From NCBI RefSeq assembly GCF_001194135.2, contig NC_068984.1, positions 21,027,962 to 21,068,827 of the forward strand: DNA of 40,866 bases, given 5' to 3'. The DNA is from Octopus bimaculoides (lineage: Eukaryota). Positions 12,466-23,240 of this stretch are shown here, piece after piece (within the stretch, counting starts at the first letter, position 1; each line of letters opens with the position of its first letter). Under the pieces are notes generated by a model that worked only from the letters and a program-made list of their open reading frames with translations, did no database searches and was not told the origin of the DNA. The position numbers and the translations under genes are program-made.

Positions 12466-13088
12466 CGTTCGCTTCTGTTTTGAGGAGTTTGTTTCTGACA
12501 AAGATACAATACTCCTTCGTAGGAATGTCGATAAAGAAAACAATGTCTCATTTTCAACTTGAGAAGAGTCTTAAATATTCTTACTGTTCCACTTACAGAT
12601 TATATTTGTAATGAGCAAGTTAGATGGTTGATTTCTTTTTCTGAAAAACCTAAGCTTATCCAATCTGTCAGTTAAGCTTTACTTACAAAACCAAGTGCAC
12701 CAATTCTTATTGATATAAATGTAAATTTGTAATGTGGACAGAGAAATTGGAAGTTTCGAAGCAGTTGTCTATAGTTACCCTCTTTCTCTTTGATTTTCAG
12801 ATATTCACATCAGCAGGACCGCTGACCTCTATGACCGTACATACTTTTTTATGTCTGTCCCAAACAACAATATCTGGCCTGTTCTGCTTACACTTGACTA
12901 TTTTTTTTTTATGGGAAGGTTCCACCAGTACTCCTTGTGTTGATGTTTGTGTGCATATTCAATAACAATGGATTATCTGTATTTATTCCAGTACAATCCT
13001 TTTCCGGATGACTGTATATGTTACTTTTGCGACAACGTCGTGTCGTATAAGGGAGGTAGTAACTTAATGACGTTTTGGGGCAGCTGCT
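12466..13088 (-). mobile_element. Dong/R4-like non-LTR retrotransposon 3' end (restriction-like endonuclease domain), copy 2
   Basis: Minus-strand peptides: SCPKTSLSYYLP-RHDVVAK (end of the CCHC knuckle plus RHD, 13028-13045); EYWWN; QNRPDIVVWDRHKKVCTVIEVSGPADVN (PD..E motif, 12860-12883); FISIRIGALGFV; LQI*SVSGTVRIFKTLL; then a 3' UTR and (CATA)n. Confidence 0.85.
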
Positions 13089-13607
13089 ATGTAAGTATGT
13101 ATGTATGTATGTATGTATGTCCTTATTCAGTATTATTTCAAGATTTCTAGCCAGTAGAGAAAGCGCCGGTTTCTAACCTAGATCCAAGGTTCCTTCATTG
13201 GAATTTCAATATCAACAGGGTATTTTTACTTGTATGTATGTATGTATGTATGTATGTATGTATGTATGTATGTATATACGTATGTACGTACGTATGTATG
13301 TATGTATGTATGTATGTAGTATGCATGCATGCATGTATGTATGTATGCATACATGCATGCATGCATGTATGTATGTATGTATTTATGTATGCATGTATGT
13401 ATGTGCAGATTTGTATGCTTTATGTATGTATTCTGATGCATTTAGTTGCATATCTAGACATGTTCATATACATTTAAATGATAAATTTCTGGAAAGTTTT
13501 ACAGATTTTTACAGTTCCGGTGATGGACTGGATCTGTAATCTTCGAATTAGTTTTCTCCTTTCCGGTTTCGAGGAGCCTAATTTCTCAAGATTGGTATTT
13601 TGGCAGT
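13088..13607 (-). mobile_element. Dong/R4-like LINE 3' end, copy 1 (different subfamily), with internal and terminal (CATA)n
   Basis: TNLEKLGSSKPERRKLIRRLQIQSITGTVKICKTFQKFII* is homologous to the C-terminus of copy 2. The 3' UTR contains (CATA)n at about 13231-13410 and a 36-nt motif shared with copy 2. Tail at 13088-13120. Confidence 0.8.
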
Positions 13608-14602
13608 TTGCAACATTTAACATTTTGGGTACCTTAGGACCAGACCTATCGATTTTAAGGCATTATCGAAAAATTAATTTTTCCACGCACTAGACGATGA
13701 GCAGTCCAGCCCTCTGCTTCTCTCATGGCCCAAACGCTAGAAACATCTTTCATATCACGTTTTCTGATCGAAATATAATCTATGAGATGCCAGTGCTTAG
13801 ATCTTGGATTCATCCAGGTAGTTTTATATTTATTTTTCGGCTTAAGCAGAGTGTTGGTAACAACCGGATTATTCTCAGTACAAAACGTCAAAAGTGCTAC
13901 TCCATTTTTTTGCATTTTCCAATCCCATGTCGGCCTAAAACAGGCCGTGAAACGTAGTTATTTCCAACTCTTGCGTTGAAATCTCCCAATATGACCAGCT
14001 TGTCAGAAATCGGTACTTTCCTCAATAATTGTGCTTGATCGTCATAAAACTGTCCTACGGTTTCATCAGAATGAAACATTGTTGGTGCATAAATACTGAC
14101 AACGGTAAGAAACCTACCTTTTGTCAGTTTTTTACGGTATGACATGGTTCGTTCAAATATGCCACTTGGAAGTTCTGCTGTAGAGGATACTAATTAATTC
14201 TTGAGAGCAAACCCAACACCAGATTCTCTACGCTGACCCTCAGATAGGCCTCTTCAAAAGATAGTATATCCATAAGTAGGTTCATTTATTTGACCCTCAC
14301 CAAAGAGACGAGTTTCAGAGAGCGCAACTGTATCAAGGAAATATTTCTTAACCTCACAATCAATAAGTGCAGTACGCCTTTCTGGCCTCTTGTTGAAATT
14401 ATCATCAAGAAGTGTGCGCACATTCCAAAAGCCAAAATTCAAAAGATGTTTATTTTACTTTTTCTTGAAGATTGTTTGACAACAGTGGCAGGATGACGAC
14501 CGGGCCCAGCCTGTGATACACTGGGACACCTGCCGAGCTAGACCTGTTCCCTTGACGTTCTCAAGCCTTTTTTGCCATTTACTGAATCTGTTGGAGACAT
14601 TT
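13607..14602 (-). mobile_element. RTE (BovB-like) LINE 5' part: apurinic-like endonuclease domain, frameshifted
   Basis: NFGFWNVRTLLD..RPERRTALI..DTVALSETRLFGEGQ (14254-14442); SIYAPT..KLVILGDFNARVG..GRHGIG; NGVALLTFC..TWMNPRSKHWHLIDYI..HRLVRGK; PKMLNVA. These are diagnostic RTE APE motifs. Confidence 0.93.
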
Positions 14603-15407
14603 NNNNNNNNNNNNNNNNNNNNNNNNNNNNNNNNNNNNNNNNNNNNNNNNNNNNNNNNNNNNNNNNNNNNNNNNNNNNNNNNNNNNNNNNNNNNNNNNNN
14701 NNNNNNNNNNNNNNNNNNNNNNNNNNNNNNNNNNNNNNNNNNNNNNNNNNNNNNNNNNNNNNNNNNNNNNNNNNNNNNNNNNNNNNNNNNNNNNNNNNNN
14801 NNNNNNNNNNNNNNNNNNNNNNNNNNNNNNNNNNNNNNNNNNNNNNNNNNNNNNNNNNNNNNNNNNNNNNNNNNNNNNNNNNNNNNNNNNNNNNNNNNNN
14901 NNNNNNNNNNNNNNNNNNNNNNNNNNNNNNNNNNNNNNNNNNNNNNNNNNNNNNNNNNNNNNNNNNNNNNNNNNNNNNNNNNNNNNNNNNNNNNNNNNNN
15001 NNNNNNNNNNNNNNNNNNNNNNNNNNNNNNNNNNNNNNNNNNNNNNNNNNNNNNNNNNNNNNNNNNNNNNNNNNNNNNNNNNNNNNNNNNNNNNNNNNNN
15101 NNNNNNNNNNNNNNNNNNNNNNNNNNNNNNNNNNNNNNNNNNNNNNNNNNNNNNNNNNNNNNNNNNNNNNNNNNNNNNNNNNNNNNNNNNNNNNNNNNNN
15201 NNNNNNNNNNNNNNNNNNNNNNNNNNNNNNNNNNNNNNNNNNNNNNNNNNNNNNNNNNNNNNNNNNNNNNNNNNNNNNNNNNNNNNNNNNNNNNNNNNNN
15301 NNNNNNNNNNNNNNNNNNNNNNNNNNNNNNNNNNNNNNNNNNNNNNNNNNNNNNNNNNNNNNNNNNNNNNNNNNNNNNNNNNNNNNNNNNNNNNNNNNNN
15401 NNNNNNN

Positions 15408-15473
<66 letters not shown>

Positions 15474-15894
15474 CACACATATATATAGTTCTGTATGCTG
15501 AATCGTTAATTAGAGTTGTACTTGAGGTTTACATTTCTACTTGAGTTTCTACAAATCACTTACTCCTTAAGTATTGTTGTAAGGACAGTCCTTGACAATT
15601 TGACTTTAATCCAAATATATCACGTACTGGACACACTATTAATCCGATAGGAACGGACGGAACCCGTTAGAAGCAACCTTAAACTTTGTATGTGTGTGTG
15701 TGTGTGTGTATGTGTGTTTACGTGTATGTATATATATATGGGTGTGAGTGTGTGTGTGTGTTTGTGTGTCCGTATGTAGGCATGTACACGTGTGTGTTTG
15801 TATGTATATATATATATATGCATATACATATATGTGCATACGCACGCGCACNNNNNNNNNNNNNNNNNNNNNNNNNNNNNNNNNNNNNNNNNNN

Positions 15895-15981
<87 letters not shown>
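15408..15981. repeat. (GT)n at 15408-15470, mixed GT/AT decay, and (CA)n at 15895-15981
   Basis: Direct observation; both pure arrays abut gaps. Confidence 0.92.
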
Positions 15982-15985
<4 letters not shown>

Positions 15986-16438
15986 CTTCTTATATTCAAT
16001 ACCGTAAAAATCAGCCATGTTAGATACAAGCAGCAGAGCAGAACAACTTGGTTGTCAAGCAACAAATAATCCATACAAAAGCTTATCCATGTTGATTTTA
16101 AGCTTGCTTGACGACCAAATAATCAAGTGGACGCCTATGTGGCTGTATCTGGGTAGCCGATGGTCACTGTAATTGATGACTGCCCGAAATGTCTTGCTGG
16201 TCACTTCACTTTCTTTTTTCTCTTACAAACTTTGATGAGAACGTTACTGCTTCACTTCTATACACGTCATATGTTAATGACTACGAATGTGTGTGTATAT
16301 GTGTAATCCCTATCCGCTTGTCTGACTGAGTGTACGTAAATATGTATGTATGCGTGTGTTTGTATATATATATACACAAATATGCATACATCCATGCATA
16401 CATACATATATGCATGCTTGTATGTATATTTGAGTGAT

Positions 16439-16484
<46 letters not shown>

Positions 16485-16550
16485 TGTATATATGTGTGTG
16501 TGTGTGTATGTATTATGTATGTATATGAATGTGTGTGTGTATGTATGTGT

Positions 16551-16872
16551 GAAGGCGCGTGGCTTAGTGATTAGGATATTTGCCTCACGATCGTAAGGCC
16601 GTGAGTTCAATTCCCGGCGACGCGTTGTGCCTCTTGAGCAAGACACTTTCTTTCACATTACTTCAGTTCACTCAGCTGACAAAAATGAGTAGTACCTGTA
16701 TTTCAAAGGGCCAACCTTGTCACATTCTGTGTCACGCTGAGTCTCCCTGAGAACTACGTTAAGGGTTTACATGTCTGTGGAGTACTCAGTCACTTGCACG
16801 TTAATTTCACGAGCAAGCTGTTCCGTTGATTGGATCAACTGGAACCCTCGTCGTCGTAACCGACGGAGTTCC
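16551..16872 (+). mobile_element. tRNA-derived SINE, family B (apparently full length, ~320 bp)
   Basis: GGCGCGTGGCTTAGTGATTAGG (A box)...GAGTTCAATTCCCGG (B box)...TTGTGCCTCTTGAGCAAGACACTT (CORE-like)...body ending GTCGTCGTAACCGACGGAG. Confidence 0.8.
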
Positions 16873-16884
16873 TTGCTGCAGTGT

Positions 16885-17294
16885 AATGACTTGTGTACCT
16901 CAATGACACTAGAGCTATGGCAGTGGAGCTCAAGCTCCTGGTAGGACCTGCCAAGCCGGTCAGGTCAAGAGATAGAGGCCAGACTAAAATGGACCATCTC
17001 TTCCCACAAGTAAAAATGGGTTTTCGTACAGAAGTATCAGAGACAATTCAGAACTAACAAGATCTGGTAGAGGGAGGTTTTCCTTTGGGGAAACATGTCT
17101 GGAACTCACAAGGGAGGAGGAAGAGAGAACACATTAAGGTTAGTTGGAGGCGGGATTCTGAGGTGGGCTGAAAACGCAGGGATTCAACTGGAAAGAAGCA
17201 CGAAAGATCACCTGGAGTCGAGGAGGGTAGAAAAAAGTCGTCGATAGCCTATACTCCATAGGGAGCGAAGATCTTAATAATAATAATAATAGTA

Positions 17295-17339
<45 letters not shown>
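16885..17339 (+). mobile_element. Short bipartite RTE-X-derived element (5' UTR-like part plus ORF C-terminus) with (TAA)n tail
   Basis: The 3' part reads WNSQGRRKR..SWRRD..(frameshift)LKTQGFNWKE..VVDSLYSIGSED from 17100, the RTE-X C-terminal signature, followed by (TAA)n at 17274-17339. The 5' part GAGCTATGGCAG...CTCCTGGTAGG...CAGGTCAAG...GGCCAGAC resembles RTE 5' UTRs (recalled, not aligned). Confidence 0.7.
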
Positions 17340-17563
17340 GCAGTACCAGGCAGTGGATCTCATGGGTTTTGATCTTAACTGATTGTAAATGCTATCATGT
17401 AACATGTTTTGCCTTGGTATAAAAGGTGAGCTACAGCATATATTCTGCTCAATACTACATATTTGCTTGTCAGTTTCTTGACCTTCAGCAGTTGAGCATG
17501 TCCCTTGGTGGCTGACGATATGCGTATTTCTGATCACGAGCAGAAGTAGTGGGGGAGCATCGT
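17340..17563 (+). mobile_element. Unclassified interspersed repeat fragment
   Basis: Non-coding block between two TEs that I recall as a common octopus repeat. There is no second copy in the window to confirm it. Confidence 0.35.
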
Positions 17564-17659
17564 AGACGAGAGTCTGCAAAGCGCAACGCCCACTGTGTAT
17601 TACTACACAAAGGCCATCAGTTGTGCAGCAGAATATGGCCTTTACCCATCATCAGAACA

Positions 17660-18848
17660 CAAAATCCCTACTGCAGCGATCACTCAGGAGGGTGAAGAAC
17701 ACCTGATGAGAAGATCTTGCAAATGATAGTCAAGCTGCCACTGAAGCAATACTATCTTAGGGAGCAAATTAATGGGCCTAAGAGTTCTGTATCGGTTCAT
17801 TTACTTTTCAACGAGTGCTCTACCTTATTTGCGATATCACCAGAAATTATATGTCACTGGAACGAACATTTTTCAGAACTTGTAAGCCGTGAGATGATGC
17901 GGTAATCGATGCTATTCAGCAAAGTCCTGTCATCAGTTCCTGGGACTCAGCACCTTTAATAGACGAAGGAATAACAACGATAAGTAAAACGAGTTTAAGT
18001 AAAGTACCTGGTAAAGACGGAATTTGCGCAGATGTTTTGAGTTTTGGTGGTGGTCGTATCACACAGAATCTTTACGAGCTTATTAGTGTAGTCTGGTGAA
18101 TGGTTCGGTTTTCAAGGACTAGAAGGATGTGATTATCCTTCCTCTCTATAAAGGAAAGGAAATCAGAATTAAGTGAGGAAATTGCAGAGCTGTTACTCTA
18201 CTGCCAGCTGTTAGCAAGATTCTGGCAAGTATTCTTACTCGTCTAAATAATAATTTGTAAATGATTCCTCTCCGAATCTCAATGTGTCTTCCGTTTTGGT
18301 AGAGGAACAATAGATATGATTTTCACAGCAAGACAGATGCAGGAAAATTGCTATGAACAGAATTTGGATTTTGTCCAGATTTTCTTTGATTTAACCAAAG
18401 CCTTCGGTACTCTAAATAGGGTCTCCTTGTGGAAAATACTCTGCAAACTTTTTTGCCCGGATGACTTTATCGATAATTAAATAATTTCATGATGGCATGA
18501 ATGCATAGGTCAATAGCGGTGCTGGCACGGCAGAACCCGTTTTTCAGTCTCTTTTTCGTGACCTCTTTTATGCTGATGATTGCGACTTAGTTGTTCATAA
18601 AGTGAAAGATATGCAAATTCTCATGGATTATATTTCTAAATCTTGCTAGGCATTTGGACTCAACATTAGCTAGGACAAGTCTGTTGTAACATTCCAATCT
18701 GCGTCAGGAAACCCATTTGTGAAACCGTCTATCTTAGTTGAAGGAGCAGTACTGAAAATTTTGTCTACCCGGGCAGCATATTCAGCCGTTCTTGCTTCCT
18801 GGATGATAAAAAACCCTTAAGGATTCAGAAGACATCAAATTGCTTCAG
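17660..18848 (+). mobile_element. RTE (BovB-like) LINE RT fragment with internal deletion
   Basis: LQRSLRRVKNT**EDLA; GPKS..HWNEHFSELV; KVPGKDGICADV; VTLLPAVSKILA; SESQCVFRFGRGTIDMIFTARQMQE..FFDLTKAFGTLNR; LFYADD at 18569-18580; LRIQKTS. The QG-containing segment is missing near 18535. Confidence 0.92.
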
Positions 18849-18850
18849 AT

Positions 18851-19222
18851 CAAACACTGTAGGTTGTCGGTCTCCATCTAGAAGAGGGCTGTTTCTCACA
18901 TGGTCAATTGTATGTAGCTTGTTCCAGAGTAGGAAGCCCACAGAAACTCTTCATACATGCTTTAAAGAAATAAGTTAAAAATATTATATATATATTGAAG
19001 TCCTGCAAATGTTTTATAATTTTTGTACAATCCATTTCTCTTTTATCATGTACGTGACTTTCTGTATTCAGATAGTCTAATTAAATTTCTAAAATTGTGT
19101 TATGCAATATTTAAGTAATTTTTAACAACTTTTATAATAAGGAAAATAGGCATTACGATAGATGCCAATAAGTGCCTTATGAATACACTTCAACACCGTA
19201 CAAACCGGGAGGCCAGTTAGTA
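18851..19222 (+). mobile_element. Helitron 3' end: Pif1-type helicase C-terminus and terminus
   Basis: QTL*VVGLHLEEGCFSHGQLYVACSRVGSPQKLFI..KNIIY.EVL (18851 to about 19008), then the decayed terminal hairpin CCGTACAAACCGGG followed by TTAG|T (CTAG variant). Confidence 0.88.
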
Positions 19223-19601
19223 TATATATATATAAGTTACAGGTGCATTTTTAGGTTTCTGCCAACCAACCAATTGAATGATTTTACTAAGATTTGGAGT
19301 ACAGGAAGAACCTGTGCAGATGAATAATTTTTAGTGGGTGTAGCTTGCACTGCACTACTCCCACTTATTAGCCCAAGAAGACTTTCACCGGTGTGACAAG
19401 AGAATTGACAAAACCAGGAACTTCCAAAGCCTCAGGTTTTATTTCGGAGATTTCCTTCTCCTAGATAGATTACCAACCATGAGGTAAGCCGTCCCATTCC
19501 AAACACCTAACCGACACTCAGACACTCTGTAAAGTGATCAAATATCACTCCGGTGACCGATGTGGAGCAGCTCATCCCCTCCCCCCCCAAATATATATAT
19601 A

Positions 19602-19632
<31 letters not shown>

Positions 19633-19774
19633 GTTTACACACATATCTATGTAAGTTTGTATGTATACGGCACACATATAAACCTGCCTACGTTGCCTAA
19701 CTCCTGCATAACATTCGTCGATCACACTTATCTTCAATAACGTTGCTCTATTAATCATCCGTGCCCTTTCCTGC

Positions 19775-19900
19775 GGCACAGTCTACCCAAGAGTACATTA
19801 TCTAATATTTACTTTCTCTCTTCTTTAGATAGTAGGTCGTGCTGAAAGAAATGCGACTGCTATTTCTAGAAGGTCGAGTAAGCACGCAGAGGCAACGTTG
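19775..19900 (+). mobile_element. SINE-like repeat family D, 3' part
   Basis: GACTGCTATTTCTAGAAGGTCGAGTAAGCACGCAGAGG matches the family D motif. Confidence 0.55.
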
Positions 19901-20483
19901 CTAGCTTGTACAAAAGTACGTGCGTATGCGTTGAAATTGAGGCTATTGAATCATGCGTGCGCGCGTGTGTGTGCGCGTGCTGTGAGCAATAAATAATAGA
20001 GAGCCAGAAAACGTGTTTCTGTATGTAGGAGTGCGTGTGTGCGTGTAAGTATATTATTTATTACATACTCCTACGCATACAGTTAACTGCTCACACAGGC
20101 TGCACAGCCGTTACAAACTGACATATGCCCACGCACTTGTTCAAGTACTGATGCACAGGCGGATGCGCACTCACACACATATATATATACGCAGCAATAC
20201 TCACACTCCTATTCATGTGTGTTCACACACACATACACAAACGCATATATGCATGTGTATATGTATCTCTGTCTTTTTCCCTGTCTGTTATACATATATA
20301 TGTGTGTGTGCGAGTACATGTGTGTGAGTACATGTGTGTGAGTGAATGAGTGTTTGTGTATGTGTGTGTGTACGTGCGTGTGTCTGTGTGTGTATTATCT
20401 AGGTATAACGCTACGTAAGTGACTCAAAGGCCTCGAGTTTCGCGAATAGCACTTACTAGACTCGTCGAATTTTAAAGGACCTA

Positions 20484-20552
20484 TGGGTGCGTGGCTAAGA
20501 AGTTCATTTCGAAACTACATGATTCCGAGTTCAGTCCCTCCACATAGCACCT
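20484..20552 (+). mobile_element. SINE family A head fragment (degenerate)
   Basis: GGGTGCGTGGCTAAGAAG...ACATGATTCCGAGTTCAGTCCC...AGCACCT. Confidence 0.6.
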
Positions 20553-20720
20553 GAAGTTTGTATGCGTGTATGTCCATTTTCCCTTTCCCTTTTTCTTTCG
20601 TATGTAGCTATCGCCTGTCGTCCACCATTCATTCATTCTCTTTCCTTTTTCGCTGGTTTTCTTTAGTGTTAATTATTTGTTTTTCTTAGTTTCATCTCCT
20701 TCTCATTGCTTTACTATATC

Positions 20721-20765
<45 letters not shown>

Positions 20766-20959
20766 TCACATGCTGTCTTCTCTCTCTTTTTTATCTCTAT
20801 TACTCTCATACTGTGAACATCTCTTTCGATTCTCTGCTTCATTTTCTTTTTCTCTTCCTCCACAATTAGTAACAGAGTAACCACGTTAGCAGAAAACTTC
20901 ATTAACATAAAGTTTTTGCTGATATGTCGTAATAGCTGATTTAATTTTAAATAGGTAGA

Positions 20960-22240
20960 CAAATGGAAGTGGGTTCAAATGACAATCATGGTCAAATATA
21001 GTTATTTTTATATTTACAAGATTGGCTGCATCGCTAATGCTATGGCACAAAAGAGGACTTGCTACGGGCAGACAATTTTGATCTGGTTTGTAAATTACAT
21101 TCACCTCAATCAAATTGATTCCATCATATATGCAGAGCTTCCAAGTGCACCCAAAGAGATAAAGCTCTTCAGTATTGTTGAAACCCTGGTGGTTTATGGC
21201 TCCAGTGGCACTCTCATTAAGAATTCTTCTTGCATGAAAAACAAGAAACGCACGAAATGGTTTCCAGGATCATATATCAAGGAAACCCAAACGAAGGACA
21301 ACAAGTATCTATTTAACAGAAATCCGTCAGAAGATGGAACCGTTCAAACCTTACTTAGACGGAAATTGATAACAACTGGATAATTTTCCACTATCCACTC
21401 CTGACCTACGTATTCAATACACACATCACATTGCAGGACTTGTGTGACAAACGCTCTTAAATGAAAGGGGCAGCATTGATGTTGTTGGACCTTACCAGTA
21501 ATTTCCAAAAGGAATAACAACCTATGAAATTCGTGCTTGCATTGAATCATCATCGTTCTGGTATAATGTTAAAATCTCCAAACTATCTACAAACATGAAA
21601 GTCAATATTTTAGGGATCAGCTGTCTGGATATTTTACTAAAATGTTTGTACAAGATTTCCTCTCGCTAATAATGGTACTACAGACCCTGATCCTATAAGA
21701 TCAGTGATTAAGACAGCAGATGAATTGGTATCAAAGGTGTTCCATAATCTGGAACATTGTCAAGTAACACACAAGTGGCTGTGTGAAAAAGTAATTTGGT
21801 TAATAGCATCAACTACATCTGTTGCAGACACTTCCAGGAAATAGACATAGTTACTAATCAGTGGGCACTGTTGTGGATCTGGAAAAAATAGTTCAGTTTT
21901 ACAGAATTTGAAATTTCATAGGAACCTTCAGATTTACCATCACACAGACCGCAGCGAAAAGAAAGACCCACAGTAATGTTTCTGCATGATTTAGATCAAT
22001 GCAGCTATACAATGATATTAAGTAAATGGTTAAGAAGCTTAGTTATGTGGAACCAAGATTATTAATCTTACTTGAATACACCAGATGAAATTACATAATT
22101 ATACCTAGAATTTCAATAATACCACCAGATATGCGATTTCGACTTAGAAGAGTTCAATTTGCACATTTGAACTCTTCACAATTGACAGCTGTTGTACTGC
22201 CGGCGAATTTTATGTTGGATGCTCAAGAGTTGAAAACCTC
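20960..22240 (+). mobile_element. Decayed Helitron RepHel fragment with large internal deletion
   Basis: Rep part: AQKRTCYGQTILIW (decayed EWQKRGLPHAHILIW), QIDSIIYAELP, NSSCMKNKK.TKWFP, ETQT, DNNWII..NTHI. Helicase part: TLQDL, EIRACIESS..KLSTNMKV, ELVSKVF..WLCEK, DLPSH, IPRISIIPPDMRFRLRRVQF, FYVGCSRV. Confidence 0.88.
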
Positions 22241-22619
22241 CACATTATCTTTATTTACACACTTGTTTGTAAAATGAAGATCATTATATATTTGCAGGTG
22301 GTTAACTGAGGTGTCCAAAACTTCCAACGTTATGATGGATGCATATATGCTAGGATTCATCACAACTCTTAATATAGTATTTTGATAACTGAATGTATTG
22401 CAGTTCCAGTATTTGAATGTGTAGTTTTCCTTGGCTAATCTGGCTTCCATGGGGAAGCCGGAGAAGCTCATATTTCTATGAGTTATTTTCTTCCTGACAA
22501 TCATTATTCAAAATTACTTTAAGAATCAAAAAGATATCAAGAATAAAAGATAAAGTAAATGCTTTCAAACTTAGTCTTATGGCCTAAATTTGATTGAATT
22601 ATGTAAATGCCATTTAAGT

Positions 22620-22889
22620 TACACACACACTTTGATATGTACACACACATTACACACTCAGGAACACATACACACTCAGGAACACATACACACATACACT
22701 CACTCACTCACTCACTCACTCACTCACTCACTCTCTCTCTCTCTCACATACACATACACAATTATAGTACAATTTTACTTATGAAAGTGTGCCTGCATCA
22801 CGGTGCATTGGACACCGGACTAGCATAAACGTATTGGATACTAATCTTATTTCTTGAATGAAAGCTAACTTTCAGGAGAAATATAATAG

Positions 22890-22934
<45 letters not shown>

Positions 22935-22947
22935 CGTGTGTGTGTGT

Positions 22948-22983
<36 letters not shown>

Positions 22984-23168
22984 GTGTGTTTGTGTGACCA
23001 TTAATTTATGAAGATCTGTATGTACGCATATGAAATAGGGTCCATATTTATACATGAATATATATTGAGTACATATTTATATGTATCCATCCTTCTTTCT
23101 ATATACATATATAAATACACATATATGCATGCACACCTACATATGCAAACATACACACCTAACATACA

Positions 23169-23224
<56 letters not shown>

Positions 23225-23240
23225 TATATATATATATATA
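22620..23240. repeat. Cluster of compound microsatellites (CA/CTCA/TA/GT/CT)
   Basis: For example (CTCA)n at about 22698-22732, (TA)n at about 22897-22932, (GT)n at about 22936-22995 and (CT)n at 23173-23222. Confidence 0.9.

Noticed and set aside
12820-13090. Apparent plus-strand exon (polypyrimidine-CAG acceptor, GTAAGT donor)
   Set aside because: The plus frames contain stops or lack recognisable protein. The minus strand clearly encodes the RLE domain.
16551-16625. tRNA-like A/B-box segments here and in the family A and C heads
   Set aside because: No complete cloverleaf, and each continues into a repeated SINE body. These are SINE heads, not tRNA genes.
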